From: Candidatus Thorarchaeota archaeon
Lineage (GTDB): Archaea > Asgardarchaeota > Thorarchaeia > Thorarchaeales > Thorarchaeaceae
Direction of reading: 5' to 3'
DNA length: 32,000 nucleotides
Assembly (NCBI GenBank): GCA_008080745.1
Contig: SHMX01000003.1
Span: 30,001 to 62,000 of the forward strand
The notes beneath the pieces are model-generated. The model saw only the letters and a list, made by a program, of their open reading frames with translations. It was not told where the DNA came from and did no database searches. This document shows, in pieces, positions 1 to 8,672 of the stretch. Both the position numbers and the translations under genes were made by a program. Each line of letters begins with the position of its first letter. The first letter of the stretch is position 1.

Positions 1-34
1 TAGAGAACGTTGTTAGAAACAATCATTAACGTAG

Positions 35-397
35 GTGTCTATTATGGAAAAAGATAGCCATGTTGGAGCATTTCATTACATCGCACTGATTCTAGGAATC
101 CTTACTCTCACAATATATGCATGGTGGATTTTTTCTGTAGGTAGCTGGGTGCTTAATTTTATGGAAACCCTGTTTATTGCAGCTGGAATTTCCATGATCC
201 CTATCACACTCCTGATAGGCAAGTCAGATACTCGGTCTGGTCGAGTACTATTCACCATAATCTCTGCTGCTCTTGGAGGTGTTCACGGTTATCTGGTCTT
301 GGCTTTCTTTCCAACTACTGGTGCAATGATGTTTCTCCTTTTTGGTTTCGGACTTCTAATGACTGCAGCTTCTATAACATGGATACAAAAGGGATAA
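35..397 (+). CDS. Hypothetical integral membrane protein (about 4 TM helices)
   Basis: 120-aa ORF with four hydrophobic stretches and no recognisable motif; start could be GTG 35 or ATG 44. Confidence 0.65.
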   Translation: MSIMEKDSHVGAFHYIALILGILTLTIYAWWIFSVGSWVLNFMETLFIAAGISMIPITLLIGKSDTRSGRVLFTIISAALGGVHGYLVLAFFPTTGAMMFLLFGFGLLMTAASITWIQKG

Positions 398-407
398 GCT
401 AAAAGTC

Positions 408-1412
408 CTAGCTATCATCTTCTAATGGTGAGAACTGCACTATTGCCCAAGTGATATCGGTTGAAATAACTGGAAGACCATCAATCCCAATATCAAAGAT
501 CTCGCTTGAAACAGTTGGTTCTACCGACGAAACATCTTCAAACAGGATTTGAGTTTCAAGCAATGGTGAAGACATGGATAGTAATCGGTTCTTGAATCCG
601 AATTCCATATTGTGTTCTATGAGAACATCTGCATTGGCATCTCCATTATCTGGAAAGAAAAATGTAAGAAAGTAAGCTACACCACCAAGACATCTTACCA
701 ATTCATTGAGAAATTCTTCACTACTGGTTATATTGGTCAATCCCATATTGGTCGTAATGACCTCTACTGATTTTTCTTTGAAAGGCATCTTTCTAGCATC
801 AAATGCAATAAGGCTTACTTTCTCATAGATACCGAAATGCTCCAATCTATCCTTATTTCTCTGAAGAATACTTGGACTGATATCACTCAAGATGACAGGA
901 TTTTCCAATTCAGAGAATAATTCAGCGAATCCACCCATTCCAGATGCAATATCAATAATGACGCCTGTTTTATCAGAGAGTAATTTTTGTAGCTGTGTTT
1001 TCTTTTCTTGATATGCTTGAGTATAAGAACTAGTATATAGGTCCCTCACGGCTTCAGCTCTAATTTCTCTTGCAGTATCATAGTCTCCTCGCTCATCAAG
1101 AATCATTGAATGTAAGAGTTTGTCTGCGGGATTCAAATTATCCAAATCAGTTTGCATGAGTTTTCGTTCATATTCAGGATTGCTACGCAATGCCTTTGAT
1201 AGATTACTTTGCACAACTTTCCAAAAATCTTCATCATTTGATGCATCTAAAAGAAAAATAGCAATACCATTCTTTACAAAATAAGATTTATGACATGCGA
1301 TACAAGAAACCTCAGCATCAATAATCCGATGATCTGTTTCTTTTTGAATATCCCATGCTAAAGAATCATGACAGATAGGACAATAAAGCAAATTTTGAAT
1401 AGATTTTAGCAT
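408..1412 (-). CDS. Class I SAM-dependent methyltransferase with N-terminal Trm112-like zinc-finger domain
   Basis: N-terminal LYCPICH...VSCIACHKSYFVKNGIAIFL is Trm112-like; SAM motif I is IIDIASGMGG, followed by SDISPSIL and AFDARKMPF. Start moved to ATG 1412 (MLKSIQNLL); the 30-aa extension in the ORF track is AT-rich and looks intergenic. Confidence 0.85.
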   Translation of the reverse strand: MLKSIQNLLYCPICHDSLAWDIQKETDHRIIDAEVSCIACHKSYFVKNGIAIFLLDASNDEDFWKVVQSNLSKALRSNPEYERKLMQTDLDNLNPADKLLHSMILDERGDYDTAREIRAEAVRDLYTSSYTQAYQEKKTQLQKLLSDKTGVIIDIASGMGGFAELFSELENPVILSDISPSILQRNKDRLEHFGIYEKVSLIAFDARKMPFKEKSVEVITTNMGLTNITSSEEFLNELVRCLGGVAYFLTFFFPDNGDANADVLIEHNMEFGFKNRLLSMSSPLLETQILFEDVSSVEPTVSSEIFDIGIDGLPVISTDITWAIVQFSPLEDDS

Positions 1413-1558
1413 GAATATCAAAGATTGAAGATATTCGAAATCTAAAATAGATTTACAACTAAGCAAAATAAAGAAAATAGCCCATTCTATTTTAGAAAAC
1501 AATTCAGTAATTCACTCGTAAAGATTAAGAGGGCTCGTTAATAATTCTAATTTGAGAT

Positions 1559-1801
1559 TTGAGAATGAATGCCTCCAAACTAATGGCTATATTAACTGGA
1601 ATACTCGGATGTGTAATTCTAGCGATTAGCGGCTGGCTAATACTCTTTGGAATTCAATGGGCAATATGGAATGCACCATTATCAGGTCATCCTCCAACTG
1701 ATATTGCATGGTTAGTCAATTCTGCAGTACCGCTAGGTTTTTTTCTCTTAGGACTAGGTTTTATGATGATACTATGGAGTAAACCATTAAGTGTGCAATA
1801 A
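1559..1801 (+). CDS. Small 2-TM membrane protein
   Basis: 80-aa ORF with two hydrophobic helices; fills the gap between flanking genes. Confidence 0.55.
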   Translation: MRMNASKLMAILTGILGCVILAISGWLILFGIQWAIWNAPLSGHPPTDIAWLVNSAVPLGFFLLGLGFMMILWSKPLSVQ

Positions 1802-1929
1802 TCTCTGCAATCGGTTCTTATTTCATAAAAGAATGATATGATAGTGAAGAACCCAGATAGATAAAAAAGCAGAGGTGAATACTTTAAGATATTATTACCT
1901 CTAACAAAATTCCATCGAGAGAGTCATCT

Positions 1930-3771
1930 ATGAGTATGAGAGAAAAATTTCAGAAAGTCAGAAATGATAAGCTGTTCGATGAAATAAAAGAACATATGAT
2001 AATGGGCCAATTTAAAGACGCACTTGAGAAAATTGATCTTCTCGATTTACAGTACCATTCAGATGCAGAAAAGGCAAAACTAAGAATTAAAGCATGGGAG
2101 ATAATGTGCATCACCCGCCAGGGGAAATATCAGGAAGGTCTGCAACTTGCAGATGAGTTCCTCCAATCTTACAATGATGAAGAGCTATACAAAGAACCTA
2201 TTCTGGATATTATAATTGCAAAATCATACTCATTTAGTGCACTTGGTAAGATTGATGAAGGTTTAGAAATGTGTAGAAAGGCAGAAGAGATACTCAAGAA
2301 TCTCGACCTGACTACACGAGAGAATCGAGCTCGTCTGGCAAGTGTCTTGACTATTCAGGGATTGAATGCACTTCACCAAGGAGATCTCGACCTAGCAATA
2401 GAGATCTATTCACAAAGCTATCCAATATTGGATGAGCTGGGAAATAAAAAGAGCGCTGCTGCAGCACTGCATAATATTGGTAGCACATATAGAGTCATGG
2501 GATACCTTGACCGAGCTTTAGAATATGTCGAGATGTCTAGAGCAATATCTGAGGAAATAGGATATACTCCAAATCTGGCAGGTGCATACACAACAACCGG
2601 AATCATACTCTATCAAAAAGGACGCCTTAAAGAAGCTGCAGATAGTCTTGAAAAGAGTCTTGATATGTTCGGAGAGATTGGGCATAAGGTATACCTTGCG
2701 AGAGGATTATACTACGCAGTAATAATCGAGGTAGCTCAGAAAAATCTGGAACGTGCAGAAGAGTATCTTTTCCAAATGGCATCGATAAATGACGAGCTTG
2801 AGAGTCTACTCATCAGTCAACATTATCGAGTAGCTAAAGCTATCTGGCTTAAGGCAAAAGCAGATCCCGTATCACTCCAACAAGCACAAGAATTATTCGA
2901 TTGTGTTGTCGATGAAAAAATTACCTTCTTCGAAGTGACATTTCAATCGCTCCTTAGCCTTAGTGATCTTCTAATAGACCAAATGAAAAGATCCGAAAGT
3001 GAGAAAGATATAGCAATCATTAAGGAATATACTGAGATAGCACTTGAGTTAGCAACAAGTCAAGGTTCACACTGGCTTGAGGCGGAAACATATTGTTTAC
3101 AGGCACAGATTGCATTGGTTGAACTTGAGTATGAAGAAGCCAAGAAGCTTCTTACAAAAGCCCAATTGATTGCAGATGAAAGAGGTCTATATCAGCTTGC
3201 TAGACGAATCTCTAATGAATTCGATGAGCTACTTAGGAAGGAAGAGAGATGGACAGAGATAAGCAAAAAGGGTGCGACATTTTCTGAGAGAGTAGAGATA
3301 GCTCAGATAAATGAACGAGTAGAACGGATGGCAAAGATTCAGGAAGCTGTTCCTCTACAAGAATCTAAAGATCAGCCAATTCAATTCATGCTTCTCTCAG
3401 CACACGAAGGATATTGTATTGTTTCTAAAGAGTTTGAAACTACATTCAAAGTAGACGAGTCTCTTGTGAGTGGCTTTCTAAGTGCTATTACCAGTTTTAG
3501 CGACGAGGTTTTTTCGTTGCCTCTTGACAGAATCAAAGTTGGTGAGTTTATACTTCTGTTTAGAGCAATAGTACCATTCCTATTCTGCTATGTCTTCAAA
3601 GGAGAATCATATTCAGCGTTAAAAAAGGTTGAACAAATTATCGAATATATACAACAAGATGAAGACCTATGGAGTTCACTGGAAGACACAATAGATACTG
3701 GAAAACAGAATACTCTTGTAAATCAACAGATACAAAGAATGGTTACAGAAGTTTTTCAAATGACTGGTTAG
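1930..3771 (+). CDS. Tetratricopeptide-repeat protein with C-terminal longin/roadblock-like domain (Asgard type)
   Basis: TPR helices (AAALHNIGSTYRVMGYLDRALEYVE, AGAYTTTGIILYQKGRLKEAADSLE). The C-terminal domain has LVSGFLSAITSFSDEVF followed by beta strands, the pattern of longin-like domains common in Asgard proteins. Confidence 0.8.
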   Translation: MSMREKFQKVRNDKLFDEIKEHMIMGQFKDALEKIDLLDLQYHSDAEKAKLRIKAWEIMCITRQGKYQEGLQLADEFLQSYNDEELYKEPILDIIIAKSYSFSALGKIDEGLEMCRKAEEILKNLDLTTRENRARLASVLTIQGLNALHQGDLDLAIEIYSQSYPILDELGNKKSAAAALHNIGSTYRVMGYLDRALEYVEMSRAISEEIGYTPNLAGAYTTTGIILYQKGRLKEAADSLEKSLDMFGEIGHKVYLARGLYYAVIIEVAQKNLERAEEYLFQMASINDELESLLISQHYRVAKAIWLKAKADPVSLQQAQELFDCVVDEKITFFEVTFQSLLSLSDLLIDQMKRSESEKDIAIIKEYTEIALELATSQGSHWLEAETYCLQAQIALVELEYEEAKKLLTKAQLIADERGLYQLARRISNEFDELLRKEERWTEISKKGATFSERVEIAQINERVERMAKIQEAVPLQESKDQPIQFMLLSAHEGYCIVSKEFETTFKVDESLVSGFLSAITSFSDEVFSLPLDRIKVGEFILLFRAIVPFLFCYVFKGESYSALKKVEQIIEYIQQDEDLWSSLEDTIDTGKQNTLVNQQIQRMVTEVFQMTG

Positions 3772-3857
3772 CTACCAATAAGAGAGGATGCATTAAGAAT
3801 AACTTCAATTAGTAACTTTAAAACGAAAATTTTACAACTGAGAAATAGGTTATTTTC

Positions 3858-4142
3858 ATGCAAAACAAATGTACAAGATGTGGTCAAGAGATTGATGCGC
3901 GAAAAGCTAAGTTTATGCAAAAATACCAATCAAGCGAAGGACTTGTTTGTTTAAAGTGTATAAATGAAAGTATTAGGGAAACAGAAATTGAATACCCAAT
4001 ATGCACAAAATGTGCAGAACCCATAGATCCATCCCAATTGCAAATCTTTGCTATTAGTAAGACCAAGGAAACCATTCCAAAGTTATGTGAAGGGTGCCAG
4101 AGCAAAGACCATCCTAAGTTACCACCAAAACGTTTACACTGA
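3858..4142 (+). CDS. Small double zinc-finger protein
   Basis: Four CxxC pairs (CTRC, CLKC, CTKC, CEGC) in 94 aa. Confidence 0.7.
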   Translation: MQNKCTRCGQEIDARKAKFMQKYQSSEGLVCLKCINESIRETEIEYPICTKCAEPIDPSQLQIFAISKTKETIPKLCEGCQSKDHPKLPPKRLH

Positions 4143-4188
4143 CTCGGAATATAAAATTTCAAAGATGTGACAATTTAGTAATCTTTGA

Positions 4189-6006
4189 TTATTCCGCTCT
4201 CGGGAGCCAAATTATGAACTCGGTACCTTTTGTATAATCTCCTTCAACACGATTGTTAACATCAATTGTACCACCATATTTCTGTACCATATGTTTGCAT
4301 AAGTGAAGATCTACACCACCATATCGACGGGAAATATCAAACAGAGCTTCTTTTCGTTGATCGGGTATGCCAATACCATTATCTGAGATGCTAATGCGAT
4401 AACCATCATTGAACTCAAAGACTTGAATCCATACACGTTTGGATTCAGAAACGTTATGCTTGATAGCATTCTCAATCAGCATTATGAAGAGTTGTTCCAA
4501 TAGTGCATCTCCTACAATATTAGCTCGAGTATAATGTCCTTCTATTTGGATAGAAACTTCACCATATTTTGATTGGATATGATTGATTGTATTAGCGAGG
4601 GCAATATCCAATTGTCGTATAGCAATAGGATTAGATGTCAAAGATTCTGTTAGAGTCATTTTCGTAAGGAGGTCTCTACATTCTGCGATAGCATTCTCAG
4701 ACTCAATGATCAAGTTATCATGCTGTTCTCCTGTAGTCTCACGGGTTATGAGGTTCATGCAGGCAATTATGACTTGAAACTTGTTCATTATATCGTGCCC
4801 AATCAAATCGAGATAGAGAACTGCACGGTCCTTTGATTCCTCTAGACTTCTAACCATCTTATTGAGACTAATTGATAATGTCTTTAGTTCGGTAGTACTA
4901 TATTCAGTAATCTCGTGGTCAAGAACACCTTGAGAGATAATTTGCGCATCCTCTGCAATCTTATGAATTGGTTTTGTTAGTCTAGATGTCCCGAAATATG
5001 TGATAAGTGAAGTAAAGAAGAAAGTGACAATTCCCAGAAGTATATGATATCCAATTAGACTTGTTAGTTGATTGCTGATGATGGTGGTAGTATAGACCAA
5101 TTCGATTACAAAATCAACCGATTCGGTGGGATAATCGCCATTTGTCAGACTCAGAAATATGTATTTTGTAAGAGTATTCGAGGTTATGTTGGAAACGGTT
5201 CGGTCTTGTTCTGTGTCACGGACATCAAATACAATTTCCAATAGAGAGTTCGAAGGATGAAAACTTGTATCTCCTAGAAGATCTCCAAAAATGGAAAAGA
5301 TACGTATTGATTCTAGAAATGAATTGCCAGAAACAAATTCATCTGCTGCATGTAGATAGCTTAATTCACTCGTGAGTTCAGAAAATTCATCTATCACTAA
5401 GCCCAATTCAAACACGTATTGTCGGTCGGGACTTGGCATATATGCGTAAATTCTAACATCCCCTGTCTGAATTTCAGGAGAAACCCGATCCAGAGTAAAA
5501 TTACCCTCAAGTCGAATTTGGGTAAGTTGTTCATAAAAGGAACATGAGAAATCACTAAAATTTAGTCCCAAATCTGGTGCATAAGTTGTGGAAATAATAA
5601 TACCGTCACAATCAATAATATACAAATCGTATGTCTTATTCAATATCTCATAGACCTTTGTGAGATTCATATCTTCAACATTACGACCAACGTCCTCGTA
5701 TTCAGAAATGAAATATTGAAAACCATCAAGCATATCTGATTCGTAATTTTTTCCGATGGTGTTTAATCCAATGTCTACCAAATTGAAAGTAGTTTCAATA
5801 TCTTGCTCTATTTGATTCTGCATGAGCTCATGACTACGCTCAAGATTGACCTTTGCAGTATTGTAATCAGAATAGGATATGAAACTAATAAGTGGAATAA
5901 TCAAAAGCAGAATAGCTAAAGTCAATTGAATTTTAAATGACCGTTTTTTAAGGAAGTCAATCACATTTGACAATTTATCTGCCTCAAATGAAATATTCTT
6001 GTCCAT
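4189..6006 (-). CDS. Membrane sensor histidine kinase (TM - extracellular sensor - TM - HAMP - HisKA - HATPase)
   Basis: Two TM helices flank a ~290-aa loop. HAMP (LTKPIHKIAEDAQIISQG), H-box (LIGHDIMN), N-box (LIENAIKHN), G1 (DNGIGI), G2-like YGGVDL. Confidence 0.9.
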   Translation of the reverse strand: MDKNISFEADKLSNVIDFLKKRSFKIQLTLAILLLIIPLISFISYSDYNTAKVNLERSHELMQNQIEQDIETTFNLVDIGLNTIGKNYESDMLDGFQYFISEYEDVGRNVEDMNLTKVYEILNKTYDLYIIDCDGIIISTTYAPDLGLNFSDFSCSFYEQLTQIRLEGNFTLDRVSPEIQTGDVRIYAYMPSPDRQYVFELGLVIDEFSELTSELSYLHAADEFVSGNSFLESIRIFSIFGDLLGDTSFHPSNSLLEIVFDVRDTEQDRTVSNITSNTLTKYIFLSLTNGDYPTESVDFVIELVYTTTIISNQLTSLIGYHILLGIVTFFFTSLITYFGTSRLTKPIHKIAEDAQIISQGVLDHEITEYSTTELKTLSISLNKMVRSLEESKDRAVLYLDLIGHDIMNKFQVIIACMNLITRETTGEQHDNLIIESENAIAECRDLLTKMTLTESLTSNPIAIRQLDIALANTINHIQSKYGEVSIQIEGHYTRANIVGDALLEQLFIMLIENAIKHNVSESKRVWIQVFEFNDGYRISISDNGIGIPDQRKEALFDISRRYGGVDLHLCKHMVQKYGGTIDVNNRVEGDYTKGTEFIIWLPRAE

Positions 6007-6091
6007 CAGAATGATTATTATGAATTATAATACATAACTGATGTTTTATTATTTTAATATACTAGAGGAAGGAAGACAGCTATTAAAGACT

Positions 6092-6550
6092 TCAGTTTTC
6101 TAAGGTGGTTTGCGGGCTGTAATCTGATTCATCTACTTCAAGTGTGCCTAAAGAAGTACTCTCGTCCAACGAATGCATGACGGATAGTCCACCTGCTATA
6201 AAGAGTGCTGCTCCTGTGCCCCAAGAAGTTAGAAAGAGAGCGTCAGAAAATGTAGCAGAACCTTCAAGGATGGGCATAATTAAAGCAGTGATGAACATCA
6301 TTGTTACAATTACCACTGATACTGCCAACATGGTTGGTTTTATCCTACTTCTTTCAGGTTTCAGATAACCAACAAATGTAAAAATTAGAATTAATGGTGC
6401 AGGAAGCAACCAAGAAAGGAAAGACACTCTTGCTAATACGTATCCAGGATTTGCTAGTTCTAGATAGAGAAAGTTGAAAAAATACGCACTAAGCAATAAT
6501 ATGCCGAGCCAGAGAATGCAATATGGTTCACTGTCCTCACGTAGTTTCAT
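6092..6550 (-). CDS. Hypothetical 4-TM membrane protein with acidic C-terminal tail, probably co-transcribed with the FAD-NuoB gene
   Basis: Hydrophobic ORF starting 0-10 nt after the upstream stop (6560-6562); a GGTGA SD-like motif precedes ATG 6550. Confidence 0.7.
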   Translation of the reverse strand: MKLREDSEPYCILWLGILLLSAYFFNFLYLELANPGYVLARVSFLSWLLPAPLILIFTFVGYLKPERSRIKPTMLAVSVVIVTMMFITALIMPILEGSATFSDALFLTSWGTGAALFIAGGLSVMHSLDESTSLGTLEVDESDYSPQTTLEN

Positions 6551-6559
6551 TATCATCAC

Positions 6560-8500
6560 CTATGAAATAATCCCAAGAGCATCTTGGTTCTCATTCTTCA
6601 TCTGCCAGTGAGTGGTCCCAGCTCTGATCTTATTCTGGAGAATAAGATGAGCACGAATGAAATCTGATGGTTTTGGTGGACAACCGGGTAGATAGACATC
6701 CACAGGTACAACCTTATCCGGAGGAGTAACTAGAGAATATCCATCCCAGAACAAACCACCACTTGCAGCACATTGTCCGAAAGAGATAACGAATTTTGGT
6801 TCTGGCATCTGTTCGTAAATTCTTCTTAATCGGGGTGCCATTTTCTTAGTCAGACTTCCAGAAATCCAAAGTACATCAGTCTGACGTGGACCAAATAGAG
6901 GAAGCATTCCAAAGCGTTCCACATCCCAACGAGAAGCAACACCAGCTGCTCCATCAACCATACAACAACCAAGACCATATTGGATTGGCCATGGGCTATG
7001 GGCCCGACCCCAACGGAGAAGCCATTTAATAGGAGGTACATTTTGGAGCCATTTGAGAAGAATTGGTGCAATCCTACCAAAACCATTTCGAAGGAAATCA
7101 AAAGCTACCCACATGAAATATTTTCCAATGCGTAGGATAAATGGCAGCCAGTATGCGAAAATTTTTCCTGGATTTGAAATTTCCTTAGGATCATATTTCA
7201 GCTTCGCACTTCGAATCCGACTGAGTCTTTTCTTTCCAAAATACTCTGCGGCATAATTGGCAAACCATATTCCCGTTGAATGTGCATGTCCACCATGGCG
7301 TTGTGCAATTTTGAAAATGACAAAACTTTGAGACCATGATAACATATAGAACCGACGTCGCTCATCCTCAAGAAAATAGCCCATCATGGTAACTCCTGAT
7401 TTGGACGTGACATAGCCATCCACACCAGCCTTAGCCGATGCCTGTTCGAATTGAAAATCATCAAGAATAGCATGGAGATTTTCTAGAGGTGCAAAAGCCT
7501 GACCAACAACTAAAGTAGGTCCTGCTTTCTTTATCTTCATTGGATAGAAACGTTCTTCCCATTCGTGTTCAGCTACATGACGGTCATATATGGTACCTTT
7601 GTATTCCTCAACAACATTACGAACTATTCTAAGCCCAGCCTCTCGATCTTCATTACTTCCGTCGAATGCAAATAGCACTACGCAATGATGAACCGGATAT
7701 GGGAAAGGTGTATCTTTATCCCAGATTTTCTTCTTGAGATCAACATACTTGCTCTCTTTGAATTTAATAGTATGAGGTAGTGGTGCTTCTTCTATTATCT
7801 TCTCTATTGCCATGTTCATAAGATAATTTTCTGGGAAACTTGCAACGATTGGGTCGATGGGTGTAAGTTTCTTAGCTTTGATTCTTATCTTTGTGATGAT
7901 TCCAAGAATACCCTCTGTATCACAGAACAACTCACGTTCTTTGGTCTCGATGATTCTACCATTTGGGAGTACCACTTCAAACTCAAGAACACTGTCATTA
8001 ACTAATCCGTATTTCAACGAGCCAATACCATCTCCACCCTGAGCAACCCACCCACCAACAGTTGCTGAAAGACCTGATGAAGGGTAGCAACGAAGGTCCA
8101 AACCATGACGGTTAAGATGATGCTGAAGATGCGCCCAAGATATTCCTGGTTCGGTAATCACCCATTCTTCTTCCTCGTTTATCTCAAGAACACGATTCAT
8201 TTCTCGCATATCAACAATGATTCCGCCCTTACGAGGAATAGCTCCACCATAGCCAGATGTCCCAGCTCCACGGGGAACAAGGGGAACCTCCTCTTCGTTA
8301 GCAAATTTGTAAAGAGCCTTTACCTCTTCTGTAGTAACAGGCCTAACAAGAGCGTCAGGGTTGTTGTTCATCAGCCAACCAACCTGTTTAGGTAGAGACC
8401 CCACATCCTGGGAATGAACTATCAATTCGTGTTTAGCAGTGACCAATCGATGGTTGAATATCGCCTTGAGTTTCTCAAGCTGCTTTTCCTTCAATCCCAT
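6560..8500 (-). CDS. FAD-linked oxidoreductase (VAO/PCMH, GlcD-like fold) fused to a C-terminal NADH-quinone oxidoreductase subunit B (NuoB/Nqo6) domain
   Basis: FAD-binding motif PDALVRP...LVPRGAGTSGYGG and family C-terminal motif KYDPKEISNPGKI. Then RWGRAHSPWP...GLGCCM...PRQTDVL...KMAP...YEQMPEPK...GQCAASGG...VPVDVYLPGCPP, the NuoB signature. One uninterrupted 646-aa frame. Confidence 0.92.
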   Translation of the reverse strand: MGLKEKQLEKLKAIFNHRLVTAKHELIVHSQDVGSLPKQVGWLMNNNPDALVRPVTTEEVKALYKFANEEEVPLVPRGAGTSGYGGAIPRKGGIIVDMREMNRVLEINEEEEWVITEPGISWAHLQHHLNRHGLDLRCYPSSGLSATVGGWVAQGGDGIGSLKYGLVNDSVLEFEVVLPNGRIIETKERELFCDTEGILGIITKIRIKAKKLTPIDPIVASFPENYLMNMAIEKIIEEAPLPHTIKFKESKYVDLKKKIWDKDTPFPYPVHHCVVLFAFDGSNEDREAGLRIVRNVVEEYKGTIYDRHVAEHEWEERFYPMKIKKAGPTLVVGQAFAPLENLHAILDDFQFEQASAKAGVDGYVTSKSGVTMMGYFLEDERRRFYMLSWSQSFVIFKIAQRHGGHAHSTGIWFANYAAEYFGKKRLSRIRSAKLKYDPKEISNPGKIFAYWLPFILRIGKYFMWVAFDFLRNGFGRIAPILLKWLQNVPPIKWLLRWGRAHSPWPIQYGLGCCMVDGAAGVASRWDVERFGMLPLFGPRQTDVLWISGSLTKKMAPRLRRIYEQMPEPKFVISFGQCAASGGLFWDGYSLVTPPDKVVPVDVYLPGCPPKPSDFIRAHLILQNKIRAGTTHWQMKNENQDALGIIS

Positions 8501-8672
8501 TGCTAGACCTCTAGAAGATTTGGTTAGGAAACAACAGACTAATTCCGTACATAAAAAGTTAGCGAGTGATACAAAACGAACATGATAGTTATTTCCTCTT
8601 TCGAATACGTTAAAGATATTAGATACAATAGAAAAAAGAAAGATTATCTCCGCATTGTTAAAATGAATAGGA
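8501..8672. promoter_or_regulatory. Divergent promoter region shared by the FAD-NuoB gene and the CCG Fe-S gene
   Basis: 172-bp AT-rich gap between head-to-head genes, with TATA-like tracts (e.g. TTAAAGATA near 8610). Start sites cannot be determined. Confidence 0.4.

Noticed and set aside
6560-7020. NuoB-like domain as a [NiFe]-hydrogenase small subunit
   Set aside because: It has adjacent CC rather than CxxC, and no hydrogenase large subunit is encoded nearby.
7180-8500. Alkyl-DHAP synthase (ether-lipid) assignment suggested by the lipid-type neighbours
   Set aside because: The HHH catalytic motif is absent; only the general fold is shared.
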